Program-made: the position numbers and the translations under genes
Shown: one piece after another, positions 39,595-51,365 of the stretch
Position numbering within the stretch: position 1 is the stretch's first letter
Layout: each line of letters starts with the position of its first letter
The notes under the pieces: generated by a model
Databases searched by the model: none
Seen by the model: the letters and a program-made list of their open reading frames with translations, nothing else
Told to the model about the DNA's origin: nothing
Source of the DNA: Peptococcaceae bacterium
GTDB lineage: Bacteria > Bacillota > Peptococcia > DRI-13 > PHAD01
DNA length: 64,000 bases
NCBI GenBank assembly: GCA_040767105.1
Contig: JAXGPE010000002.1
Coordinates: forward strand, 5,392 to 69,391
Direction of reading: 5' to 3'

Positions 39595-40113
39595 GTGGCT
39601 AAAATGAAAAAACGGAAAACCTTCTTTTGGGGCAGTCTGTTGCTTTTAAGCTTTTGTAGTGCGCTCGTTGCCGTGCTTAACCCTTCAGACAGGCAATCAC
39701 AATTGCTTATGTTGGGGTGTCTAATTTATTTATGCCTTTTTATACTTATGCCAGCCGCGCTTGCTTCTTTGCGTGTCAAGCACCCGGTCAAGGGAGGCCT
39801 TTTATTGATTTTGATGCTTTTTCCCCTTGTAGCCGCTATATCTTTTCCATCTTTATCACTGACTGATTTTGAACTTATCTTAGACAAAGTCTTCTTTTTA
39901 TCCGACATTCGTCCAGGACTTATAAATTTTCTAATGCATGCCTTGATTCTCTTTTCGACAGGTTGTTGGTTCATTTCCGCAAACAGAAAATACATTTCAT
40001 CATGGAAGGGTGTCCCGGCAATAACAACTCTATACATCGCCTTTTATATTTTCCTGTTTATATTTTTATATATCCAGCCTCCTCAGTTAATGCATTTCTT
40101 TAGAATATTATAA
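39595..40113 (+). CDS. hypothetical membrane protein
   Basis: About five hydrophobic segments; no family recognised. Confidence 0.6.
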   Translation: MAKMKKRKTFFWGSLLLLSFCSALVAVLNPSDRQSQLLMLGCLIYLCLFILMPAALASLRVKHPVKGGLLLILMLFPLVAAISFPSLSLTDFELILDKVFFLSDIRPGLINFLMHALILFSTGCWFISANRKYISSWKGVPAITTLYIAFYIFLFIFLYIQPPQLMHFFRIL

Positions 40114-40139
40114 CTGCTATCTCTTAGCAGCAGAATCTC

Positions 40140-40831
40140 TCACTCTTCTAGAAATTTCAGTTCTTCCTCACTAAGCGGTTTGATCCCAGCAAGCCTATAT
40201 CTCAGGCTAAGCTGGGCATATTTATTTTCGCCCAAATTATGGTATGCAATGAGTTCTGTCCGGGAAACATTAGGGATTTTTTCAATGAATTTTTAAGGCG
40301 CCGAATATGTTCTTTATTATCGGTCAATCCCGGCACAACAACATGACGTATCCATACATCCGCGCTGCATTCCGCAAGTGCTTGGATAAATGGCTCCAAT
40401 GCCTGCATTTCAAAACCGGTTATTCTCTTATATCCTGCGGCTTCATAATGCTTGATATCTAAAATAACCAAATCTGTTAATCTCAAAATTTCCTTGTATT
40501 CTCCTAACCCAATACCAGCAGTATCCAGAGCAGTTCTGATCCCAGCATTTCTACAAAGCGCCAGCATTTCTAAAAGGAACTCCGCTTGAAGCAAAGGCTC
40601 TCCTCCGGAAAATGTAACACCTCCCCCAGAGGCTTCAAAATAGGGTCGAAAGCTTTCTATTTTTTTAAGCAGGTCTGCGGCCTCGATTTCTTCTCCTGAG
40701 TAAATATCCCAGGTGTCTGGGTTATGACAATACACGCATCTCAATGTGCAGCCTTGCATAAAAACCACGAAACGAACTCCAGGTCCATCCAAAAGACCCA
40801 TGCTTTCAACTGAATGAATGCGTCCTTTCAT
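40140..40831 (-). CDS. pflA: pyruvate formate-lyase activating enzyme (one frameshift near 40290)
   Basis: DGPGVR, GCTLRCVYCHNPDTW; adding one A to the run restores IPNVSRTELIAYHNLGENKY to a stop at 40140. Confidence 0.9.
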
Positions 40832-40836
40832 ACTTA

Positions 40837-43066
40837 TCAGCCAACCATTCTCTGATGAAAAGTACGCGCAATAACTTCCAGCTGTTGTTCACGGGAAAGT
40901 CTGTTAAAGTGTACAGCATAACCGGAAACTCGGATTGTCAGCGTTGGATACTTTTCAGGTTTTTCCATAGCCTCAAGCAGCATTTCCTTATTCAGTACAT
41001 TCACATTCAGATGATGTCCGCCCTTTTGAAAATATCCTTCTAAAATCGCCGCAAGATTTTCAGTTCTCATTTGATCATTCTTTCCAAGGGCTTGAGGCAC
41101 TACAGAAAACGTATTTGATATCCCATCCTCGCAAACAATGTTATATGGAAGCTTTGCGATCGTATTCAGTGAGGCTAACGCTCCGCTGCTGTCCCGACCA
41201 TGCATTGGATTGGCTCCCGGAGCGAAAGGCTGTCCCTTTTTACGTCCGTCCGGTGTTGAACCGGTCTTTTTACCGTAGACTATATTTGAAGAGATCGTAA
41301 GTATCGACATAGTAGCGCGGGCATCACGATACAACGTATGTTTTTTCAATTCCGGTTAAATTTATTTAAATTTCAATAGCTATACTGTCCACACGATCAT
41401 CGTCGTTGCCGTATTTCGGATAATCCCCTTCGACATTGAAATCCACCGCCACGCCGTTTTCGATTATCGGACGGACAACAGCATATTTGATTGCACTCAA
41501 GGAGTCTGCAGCAACCGAAAGCCCGGCCACTCCAAATGCCGTCATTCTATCCATTTCAGTGTCGTACAGAGACATTATCCCTGCTTCGTAAGCGTATTTA
41601 TCATGCATATAATGGATTATATTGATCGCTTCTACATAAACCCGCGCAATATGCTCGAGTACTTTTTCGTAGTTCTTCATCACGCGGGAATATTCCAGTA
41701 TACTTCCCTGTGTATTTTCGACGCCTTCAATACTTTTTCGCCGCTGATCTCATCGATCCCACCATTTATCGAATAGAGCAAGGCCTTCACTAGGTTGCAT
41801 CTTGCTCCAAAAATTGCATTTGTTTTCCTATGCCCATCGCCGAAACACAGCAAGCAATGCCGTAATCATCTCCATATATAGAACGCATCAAATCGTCATT
41901 CTCATATTGGATCGAATCTGTAATTATAGACATTCTTGAACAGTATATCTTAAAAGAATTCGGCAAGTTTTTTGACCATAAAACAGTCATATTTGGTTCG
42001 GGGGCTGGACTAAGATTGGTCAGAGTATGCAAAAAACGAAACGAGTTTTTAGTTACCAATGGTCTTCCATCTATCCCGACTCCACCGATCGCTTCCGTTA
42101 TCCAATTTGGATCGCCGGCAAAAAGTTCATTATATTCCGGGGTACGCAACTGCCTGACCATCCTTAGTTTTATCACAAACTGGTCAATCAGCTCCTGTGC
42201 CTCTTCTTCACTTATCAAGTTCTTTTTAAGATCCCGTTCGATGTAAATATCCAAAAAGGTACTGCAGCGGCCCAGAGACATCGCCGCTCCATTATTTTCT
42301 TTGACTGCGGCAAGATATGCGAAATATAAAAACTGCACTGCCTCGCGGGCATTTTGGGCCGGAAGTGAAATATCGATCCCGTAACGTACAGCCATCCTCT
42401 TCATAGCTTCAAGTGCCCGAATCTGCTCGCTGATCTCTTCACGGAGTCTTATGGTTTCTTCAGTCATTGGACCGGTTATTTTCATTAAGTCTTCTTTTTT
42501 GTACTTAATAAGGAGATCTATTCCATAAAGGGCTACCCGTCTGTAATCTCCGATTATTCTGCCTCTTCCATAAGTATCTGGCAGCCCGGTCAAAAGACCT
42601 GCAGAACGGAAGCGTTTGATCTCCGGAGTGTAAACATCAAATACCCCTTGATTATGAGTTTTTCGGCATTGATCAAAAACATCGAGCAATTTACGATCCA
42701 TTTCATGACCATAGGCACTAAGTGCTTCTTTAACCATTCTTATACCGCCGAATGGGTTTATTATCCTCTTAAGCGGGGCATCTGTCTGCAGGCCCAAAAT
42801 GATTTCGTTTGCCTGATCGATATATCCCGGACCGAAGCTATCAATACCCGCTATTTTATCTGTATCGACGTCAAGTATCCCTCTTTTTATTTCCTGGGTG
42901 ATGAGTTCCTGACACTTTGCCCACAAATTTCGAGTGCGAATGGAAGGCATAGCCAAAAACCCCTCGTCTTCGAGATAAGGGTATAGTTCTTTTGTATAAA
43001 GTCCCTTACATTGAGTGCAGAAGACCATTCCCCATGGACAAAGCCTCTCCATGCTTCATATGACAT
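40837..43066 (-). CDS. pflB: pyruvate formate-lyase (frameshifted; probably sequencing error)
   Basis: [23 protein letters not shown] glycyl-radical motif; real start MSYEAW; breaks near 42980, 41810, 41735, 41360. Confidence 0.88.
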
Positions 43067-43130
43067 GCGAATCCCTCCCTAAAATATTCAGGTATGGAAT
43101 CCGGGCAAACAAAATACCGCCCGGACTTTC

Positions 43131-43200
43131 GCCCAGGCGGTCGGCTTCCAAAAGATCACACTCCACGTGGTATCTCCACTTCCGCCAGTCATGTGATCCC
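43131..43200 (-). ncRNA. ZMP/ZTP riboswitch (pfl motif)
   Basis: GATCACATGACTGGCGGAAGTGG...CCACGTGGAGTGTGATC...GCCGACCGCCTGGGC, then overlapping terminator; upstream of pflB. Confidence 0.92.
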
Positions 43201-43227
43201 AACAAAATTATTTATATTTCTATAGTC

Positions 43228-43257
43228 ATTCTACCGTAAAAATAATATTTATGTCAA
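43228..43257 (-). promoter_or_regulatory. sigma-A promoter of pflBA
   Basis: TTGACA-N18-TAGAAT. Confidence 0.65.
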
Positions 43258-43291
43258 TTAGATATTTAAAATATTTTTCATAATATCCTTA

Positions 43292-43513
43292 TTATTCCTT
43301 TATATCCAAATATTTTATGTTTACATTCTCCTGTTTCGCATTCTCTTCTTCATCAGCATGATAGTTCGGAGTTTTTTTATTGTGCAGACATTTCGAACAG
43401 TCAAGAATACATGTACGCGGACCACCAAGTACACAGCACCAATAAGTGATCGTTTCCTTAACGTCCGTGTTTTCGAGTCCTGTTTTATTCTTCTCAGCCA
43501 TATGTTTCATCAT
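43292..43513 (-). CDS. small cysteine-rich hypothetical protein
   Basis: WCCVLGGPRTCILDCSKCLH; AGGAG overlaps upstream stop; start uncertain. Confidence 0.5.
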   Translation of the reverse strand: MMKHMAEKNKTGLENTDVKETITYWCCVLGGPRTCILDCSKCLHNKKTPNYHADEEENAKQENVNIKYLDIKE

Positions 43514-43516
43514 CTC

Positions 43517-43846
43517 CTATGATTTAAAGATAACCCTAAAATCCTCGATCTTATCAAATACTTGCCAAACATATCGCGAAGTGCCTTTTTCCCTGTGAGC
43601 GTGCATTTCAACTAATTGAGGATCGTTAAGATAATCAATAAAATCATTATATGTTTTCCATTCAACTACGATCATCAGCTGCCTGGGCTCAACATCCCCC
43701 GCCTGATTATTCCTGTATTTACCAAGAGCTGCTACTTTCCCGTGATGACGTGCAACTTCTCTGGCTGAGTTTCGGACATACTCAAGATACTCCGACTTGT
43801 TTTTTACATCAAAGAGGTTCAATACAAAAACTGATCCTTGGTGCAT
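43517..43846 (-). CDS. DUF1330-like dimeric alpha/beta barrel protein
   Basis: EYLEYV...RHHGKV...MIVVEW...YLNDP...HAHRE pattern. Confidence 0.7.
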   Translation of the reverse strand: MHQGSVFVLNLFDVKNKSEYLEYVRNSAREVARHHGKVAALGKYRNNQAGDVEPRQLMIVVEWKTYNDFIDYLNDPQLVEMHAHREKGTSRYVWQVFDKIEDFRVIFKS

Positions 43847-43939
43847 TTAGTTTGTCCCCCTCGATTTGAATGATCCTAATCAATGACATTATTCATACCA
43901 TATAAATCTGCACTAAGCCAACCTGGGATAAAATCAGTT

Positions 43940-44848
43940 TTAGCTGCCGAAAGCGAACATCAATGTGAAATAGCTTGTTGTTTCCATTTGTTCTTTTTGG
44001 GTTATCATCCCGGAATTTGTGTGATCAATAATGATGACTTCCTTATTGTTCACTCTCTCTGCACGGCGCATGGCCATGGAAAGCGCAGCCGGTGAATCAA
44101 GATGATCATTGCCCATAGCATACAGAGCAGAATAGTCATAATCAAAAATCGCGCGGATGGTTTGCTCATCCTTGGCCGCTGCTTTATCATAAGTAAGATA
44201 ATGCGAAAAGTCAACCGAAGCTAAAAGCAAATACCCTTCTTTGCCTAATTCGGCATCAAGGTGATCCAATAAATTTTCGATCTCAGACAGCTTGACATCA
44301 TGATGAAAAATCAACGGCAAGACTTGAGCGTTAGGAAGATAGAATTTTATAAATGGTATCACAGCGCCGATAGAATGTTCCTTTGCCAGCACTCTCTCAT
44401 CTATCTTCACAAGTCCTTTCTGAGCCAGCACTGATATTGCTCGCCTTTCAGCCGACAGCGGACCGCTGGGTGTTGCCCAACTATTTGATCCACCGATTAT
44501 CCTGGCCCCCGTGTTCGTATGATTAGGCCCCACCAGCACGATGATTTTAGGATCATTTTCAACAATAGCTTCAAAATAGCGGGCGTTTAAATGTCCAGCA
44601 GCAAGATGATGCGGAATTACCCCTGACGCAAGCGTCACGGGGACGGGAATCTTTTCACGCGATAGCGTTTTTTTCAACCCCAGATAATAATAAAAATCAT
44701 CTCTGCTAACAAATGAAGACTCATGGACAGAGATTGACCGTTCAGATCCATCTGCATCATTTATGTTCCTTCTGTCAGCTGCGCAACAGCTTAGGAGCAG
44801 CATTAAGAGCGTGAAAACAGCTAAATATAAGAAGCGGGCTGGTTTCAT
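43940..44848 (-). CDS. Memo/AmmeMemoRadiSam protein B family, predicted lipoprotein
   Basis: GVIPHH, VGPNH, EHSI, ASVDFSHY; signal peptide ending LLSC; ATGA overlap with the macroglobulin stop. Confidence 0.8.
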   Translation of the reverse strand: MKPARFLYLAVFTLLMLLLSCCAADRRNINDADGSERSISVHESSFVSRDDFYYYLGLKKTLSREKIPVPVTLASGVIPHHLAAGHLNARYFEAIVENDPKIIVLVGPNHTNTGARIIGGSNSWATPSGPLSAERRAISVLAQKGLVKIDERVLAKEHSIGAVIPFIKFYLPNAQVLPLIFHHDVKLSEIENLLDHLDAELGKEGYLLLASVDFSHYLTYDKAAAKDEQTIRAIFDYDYSALYAMGNDHLDSPAALSMAMRRAERVNNKEVIIIDHTNSGMITQKEQMETTSYFTLMFAFGS

Positions 44849-47800
44849 TTTATTTTTATCCATTTTTCTGTACCATAAGTACTGACCTGATCGTTACGCA
44901 CATTAAACAGCAGCGCTGCTTCCGCTTTATACTCTCCTGGATTTACCGGTCGAGCATAATAGATCAGCTTCTTATCGTCCTTGTTCACGACGAAGTGTAT
45001 AGCCTGCCCTTTCACCTGTGTCGGATAGGCGGTATCTTTATTCCTATCTTTTAGATCAATATTTTCTAATGCGACATAGCGGAGTCCTGCTGGTAAAAAG
45101 TCAATTATTTCATAATTCCCGGATGGAGCCTTATCCTTTATTTCAAATTCTAAATTGACCTCGACCAAATCAGACCTGTTCAGCATTTCGCGTTCTACAT
45201 TTTCAACTTTATAGATTCTTTTGATAAAGAGGTCAGGGTCTTTAGTAATCTCTTCAGGCTTATACGGCGAAGAATAAAACACCATTACTCCGACATCGCC
45301 CTGAATATCCATGAATGAAATTCTTGAAGCCTCCTGAGGCAACAAAGTCAACCTGAAACTTTCCCTGCCGGATAATTCTTTGGTCACCTTTTGATCTTCG
45401 TTTGAATAAGTAAATCTAACAGGTTCCGGATCCATATTATATAGATTATGCGTAAGAATTACCGCCTGCTCAGCCATATTCAACACTTTTTCACTCGGAT
45501 TATCTAGCAGGTATTGAAAAAGCTTGTCTTTTTGGGGATGGTCTAACCTTGCTGCCAGCATAGCCATGCGTGAGGTCGCCATGATGACATCATCCTGATC
45601 TTCGCCTACATTTATCCTCATGACTGCTCCCAAATCCTCTCCATACTTTGTGATCAAATCGTCACACATCATCTCCGCAGCATGACCATTGCCCAAATCA
45701 AGCATAGCTAGAGCTAGATTAATATTTTCGGCTAATGATAAACCATTCTCCTTTAGCATTTGTTCTACCTGAAGCAACACAGGTTCACGCAGGGCCCCCA
45801 ATCCCCACAATGCAGCACTTCGGTCAATTTTCTTTTCTTCTTCGAGCATTCGGTACATATATGCAGCCATCGCATCCTTATCCAGTTTTTCTGCAATCAA
45901 GGAGGCAGCCAAGGCCGTTAGCTCAAGGTCGCTTTCTGCGTAAGGCAGAATAGCGACTCCTCCATCCTCGCGCTGATAACGCAGTAAATCATCCGCAGGC
46001 TGTTCGCCGATCACATTGTGCAATGTCTCAGGAAAGTACTCCTGCATCAAATCCAAACCGATCTGTGCTGCCATTTTTTGTTCAAAACGCATCCCATTCT
46101 GACCTGACAAGAGGTGAAGCCCTCGTATATACTTGCTCTCCTGACTGTCACAAAAAATAATTTCAATCGGTTCACTTTCTTCGCTGAAATCTTTCAGCAA
46201 CTGTTCCAGCCTGAAGCTCTCATCCAGATGTGCGTCAAATGATTTTGTCCATTCTAAAAAAGAATCCTCGACTGTAAAGCTCATACTTATCGAGTCCTTG
46301 TGATTCTTCACATTACCTTCCACTTTAAGTCCATACTTTCCGGGCTTCAATTTCGGCAGCTGCCAGTCTAAGGAAGAGTATGCATCTGCTGATGCTGTTC
46401 CCGTGAAAGTTTTACCTTCGGTATCCGACAGAGTATATTTATAAGTGATCCTATCATTTGCTCCCAGCCCTTCGCCATACCCGCGCAGAATAACTATCGG
46501 GCTATCTCCAGTCAGATATTTATCTTTCGCTACCAGGTCCACGAAGAAAGGTAATTTTGCCGAGATCTTTTTTGTGCCGCTTGCTGCCTTTAAATCAGAA
46601 CTCAATACGTGGTAAGTCAATCGCCAGGAAGTAATATTGTCAGGAAGCTTAAAATTAGTTTGGGCCTTGCCTTGAGCATCAGTTTTCAGCGAAATGAATA
46701 TTATTGTGTCGCGGAAATCCTTGCGATCGCTCCCGCCTTCTCCTCCCTTTTCAGCACCCGCCAAAACTGCTTTGGTAATGAGACTTGCGGGTGTTCAGTG
46801 GCATATATGAAATCTCCATAAAGCGGAAGTAAGAATATCCACATTTTGCTCAGCTAAATCAAAAATCGCCTCATCGACGAGATTAAGATTGATTTCCGCC
46901 GTGACAGGCTCTCCATTTAAGTCTTTTATATTTATACTGGCAATAACCTGCTCTCCGGGGCCATATTCAGCTTTATCAGTTGATATTTCAACTTGTAAGC
47001 GTTGTTTTTCCCTTTCAAACGCAACAATATACCCGGGTGTTTCATGATAAGCGTTTCCATCGAAAAATACCCCGAAAGCATTAAGATTTGGTTTGTCTTT
47101 AGCGTTGAAAATGAATTTATGTTCCGGCGAATCAGATACTTCATAAGCATTGATTTCATCTTGCCCGCGATAGTATAAGAAAGCATTCGTTTTCTCTATA
47201 AGCTGCAACTCATTTTCCATGAAGAAAAGGTTGACAGCTTCTTCTTCTGCATAACGCTGCCCTTCTTTCGACCCTTTCAAATGGTAATATTTGTAATCGT
47301 CCCATTCTCCGCTTTCTGCGGACGGTATCTCGATCCTGCTTTTAGCCATTCTCCCTGAACTATCTTGAGCTGTGAGCAGCACATAATAAGAAGACTTTTC
47401 ATCCAAGCCGCTCTCATAGAAGATGCTGCCTTTCTCCCCGCTGGTCACTTCGAAATCTTTGATATGCTTTGTTGAATGGTTATAATAATAATCAGTGACT
47501 ACCTTTTTATTTATGTAATCGTATCTTTGCCCCGCTTCGACTTTTTCCCAGACATTTTGATGTATGCTTCCTCTGATCAAAACATTTGCTGCCGGGGCAG
47601 CCAGAAAATTTTTCTCCTCAACGCTGGCTCCGGAATTTATGCTTTCAAGCTCTATATCATAGACCTCTCCTTCAAGTCTAAATCCATCCGCCTGACGTTT
47701 TGCTTCTCCCTTGATATACAGTTTGCTGTTAAATACTAGAATGCTTTCTGACGCCCTAATTTCCGCAGCCTCTGGTAAAGAGGCACGCACATGCATGTAT

Positions 47801-49750
47801 CGATAGCGGTATGGATTATAATATTCCTCAGATATCGTTTCCCCGATATACGATATTTTTGAGCTCCCGTTTTCGTTTGTTACTGTCTGTCCATTTTTAT
47901 CATACGTTTCGTAATCTACCGCCAGATCAGGCAACGGGGTTCCTTCATAAAAGCTTGCTCGTAATTCGAACGAGATTTTTTCTCCGGCAAATATAGCTTT
48001 TTTTTCTGGATTTAATTGCAATTGGTAGGCGGGTTTGGTATATGTTTCTACAGAAAAACCTTTTGACAATAATGTTGTTTCTCCGATACACAACCGTAAA
48101 TAATAGTAATCAGGCTTGAGCACCGGCAGATCGATCTTTCCGCTGAATGTTTTATCCTGTACGGGGACATTCTGAATAAGTATTGGTGATGATTCTTCGC
48201 CGTAATAAGATCTTCGGCTGCTCCATAACTCTACCCTGACTTCATTTAAATTTTCCAAACCGTTTTCTCTTGATCCAACTATACCCCAATAATTTAGTTC
48301 ATCACCAGGTTTAAATATCTCTCTTTCGAGGTATAAGTACTTCCAATATTTTTGAGCTTTTGTATCATCCCACCAGCTGTAGTAGAGATTATTCTGCATA
48401 AGCGGTATTATCGTTTCTTTTCCTTCTCCACTAACCCTGGCATACAGTGCATCATTTTCTTCTTTAGTTGAAAATATCGGCTTAATAAGCACCGCTCCGT
48501 CCTAGATCAGTGATCGCTTCAATTTTCTGTCCCAGGACCTCTACTTTGCCTTTTTCAAGTGGTTGTTTTTTGGCAAGATCATTTACCCAAATAAGTGTAT
48601 TCTGTCTCCCTATCGCCGCGTAAGTCGCCAGATCAGTAATCTGCATCCATACTTGTCTTATATGATCCCCGACTTTTATATCGGCAACATAATAACCGGC
48701 TGGCAAACTCTGTGGGAAAATCAAATAATGGCTGTACTCATTCAGGGTCAAGAAATTAGTCTTAAATTCAGCTGCCTTTTGCAGTGAGCTTATATCCGTC
48801 CTGTATTCTCTGGACATATATGTCCATTCCGGGTATTCGTCTTTTTTTGCCAACGACGAGGCAAAATGTTCTCCATCTCTGAATGCGTATACAGTTATCT
48901 CTATTTCCATGTTTTTTATTTCTTGGACAGAATTTTCTCCCTGGATAAACCTATAGTCAAAATATGCATCAAAAACCGGTTCTTCGCCTACAGCGAATTC
49001 GTGCAGGACATTGCTTATATCAAAAGAAAACTTATCCTTATCTTCAGTATCGCGACTTGTTTCAAAAACAAAATGGTGATCCTCCGCCAATAGCTCATCG
49101 CTTCCAAGCATTGGCAAACCTTTTTTTACTGTTACCCTATAATATGTTCCGGCTTGGAGTTTTTCCGGAACAAACACCAACGAACGTTTATTTTGTTCGA
49201 ATGAACCTTTTGTTTCAGGTGATATTTGGAAATATTTTTCTATTTGCTTGAGATCAAAGTTTGCGTGCGAAAAATAAATTTCTATTCCTGAATCAATCGG
49301 TACATCGGTAGATCGTTGCGCCGGCATTGATCCCAAAACCTTAAAGCTGCCTTTCGTCTGAAATGCCCAGCTCAATTTCTCTTGTTTTTTACCATTGAGA
49401 TCGAAACTAAAACTGTATATCGTATCAGGCAGCAAGGGAGCCGAAGGTATTATACTGTATTCGTGCGCTGAATCCTTAATTGCCAAATCATAGGAAAATG
49501 AGGGTTGAATATTCAAGCCCCTCTTCAGGTCCGCCGCCGTCAGCTCACCCGAAGTCTTTATGGTAAACATGCTGGACAAGCTTATACCCATAGCGTCCTG
49601 TTCATCTGCAACTATATTTATCGTCTGGGTATCTTCTATTGAATTATCTTTGATAAAACTGAGCTTGCCCATTAGTAGGAATATAGCCGCGAACATCCCC
49701 ACGGCCATCAGAATACCTAAGCCTGCTTTCAACTTCTTTTTGTTTTGCAT
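44845..49750 (-). CDS. alpha-2-macroglobulin family protein with N-terminal Ig-like domains (three frameshifted pieces)
   Basis: N-terminal TM; LEREIFKPGD, VETYTKPAY, LVDEAIFDL, RKDFRDT, KLPDNITSWRL, YQREDGG, IDFLPAGL; breaks near 48490 and 46765-46810. Confidence 0.8.
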
Positions 49751-49957
49751 ATAGACACCTTTCCTTCTTTGCGAACAAAAAATCAGTTTCTCATTAATAC
49801 CTCTTCTCAATAACTTACCTTGTTAATATTATACTATTTTGTTTAAAAAACAAAAACCGCCGCATATTCAGGTATCGTTCATTAAATCATACCCCTTTCG
49901 GCGTTTTTGTTTTTATTTACTATCTCTCGTCAATAGATCATACTGATAAGTCTGCTA

Positions 49958-51010
49958 CTAACCATTGTAATTGATTTTTTTATTCACCGCTGGCTTGATC
50001 CATTCTTTAGCCGCAAGCAACTCAGCAATTTGCACGGCATTAAGCGCGGCTCCTTTTAGCAGATTATCGGAAACGACCCACATATTCAATCCGTTCGCTA
50101 TCGTATAATCCTTTCGGATACGTCCCACGAAAACCTCATGTTTTCCTGCGCAATCGATCGCCAGTGGGTAATCATTATTTTGAACATCATCGATCACTAC
50201 CACTCCGGCAGCCTTTTTACCAATAAAGCTCTGATATCTGTACTGAGGCAGCGGTTTTTCCGTTTCAATATTCACCTCGAATATTAGCGTATGACTGGCA
50301 CACGAACTGTTGTCGCTGTAACCATGATTTTCATCGTCACGAATATTTTTCTGGTTTCGTTGTGCATTTTCATTTCTTCTTTTGTATAACCATTTTCTAA
50401 AAACTTATCAATGTGTAGTAATACATTGAAAGCGATTTGGTGTGGATAGACAGTGTGCGTAATTTCTCTTTCTCCCCAAAAAAATCACTGACTGCTGTTT
50501 CAATTCATCGATAGCCTGATATCCGGTTCCTGATACGGCTTGATACGTTGAAACTACTATCCTTTTGATTTTATAAATATCATGGATCGGTTTCAATGCC
50601 ACGAGCATTTGGATCGTTGAACAATTTGGATTCGCGATCAATCCGTAATGCTTCCCGGCTTCCTGAGGATTCACCTCCGGTACGACTAACGGAACATCAG
50701 GGTTCATTCTAAAAGCATTGCTGTTATCAATCACAACTGCGCCTTCCGCGACGGCCTGCGGTGCGATCTCACGGCTGGCATCTTCTCCGGCGGAGAATAA
50801 GGCAATGTCCACATCGGCGAAGGAGCCTTCTTTGATCAACTGTGAATAAAACATTTTGCCCTGAAAAAGAACACTTTCGCCTTCATTACGCCGAACCATC
50901 GGAACAACCTCTGCTATCGGCAGCGAAGATTTTTCCAAGGTCGCGACCATCTCACGGCCAACCGCGCCCATTCCCACAACAGCGATTTTATACTTTTTCA
51001 CGCTAAACAC
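49958..51010 (-). CDS. asd: aspartate-semialdehyde dehydrogenase (several frameshifts; probably sequencing error)
   Basis: ANPNCST, STYQAVSG, IAFNVL...NGYTKEEMK in another frame, DNLLKGAALNAVQI. Confidence 0.9.
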
Positions 51011-51130
51011 TCCTTTTATATATTATTGAATACTCATCCTTAACCACTTCCCGCTTTGATCAGCCGGAAAAACAAAAACAGCTAAAGCTGCCTTTAGCTG
51101 TTTTAAGCCACGACACCTCAACCTGCCCCC

Positions 51131-51303
51131 GCGGGATAGTTCTCCACCGTACATTGGGCTTCATATACGGTGACAGTACTGTATTTCTTAAATACAATTG
51201 TACAGCATTGGCAAATACTGCACTTCGGCAAAGGACCCTTTCTGTCCGGTTCATCACGGCCAGGCTTCCCGGAATACTGATGACCTTTGCGCCCCTACCC
51301 CAC
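51131..51303 (-). ncRNA. lysine riboswitch
   Basis: GGTAGGGGCGC...ATCAGTA...GATGA...GAAAGG...TGCCGAA...ACTGTC...GGAGAACTATC; terminator AAAACAGCTAAAG/CTTTAGCTGTTTT follows; upstream of asd. Confidence 0.9.
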
Positions 51304-51336
51304 CTGTTCCGGTGAGGTAAAATTCAATTTTACCCT

Positions 51337-51365
51337 ATTTTATGCCCTCACCATAATTTTGTCAA
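51337..51365 (-). promoter_or_regulatory. sigma-A promoter of asd
   Basis: TTGACA-N17-TAAAAT. Confidence 0.75.

Noticed and set aside
40837..51010. pflB, macroglobulin and asd as true pseudogenes or programmed frameshifts
   Set aside because: Indels are scattered over unrelated genes while motifs and regulation are intact; sequencing error is simpler.
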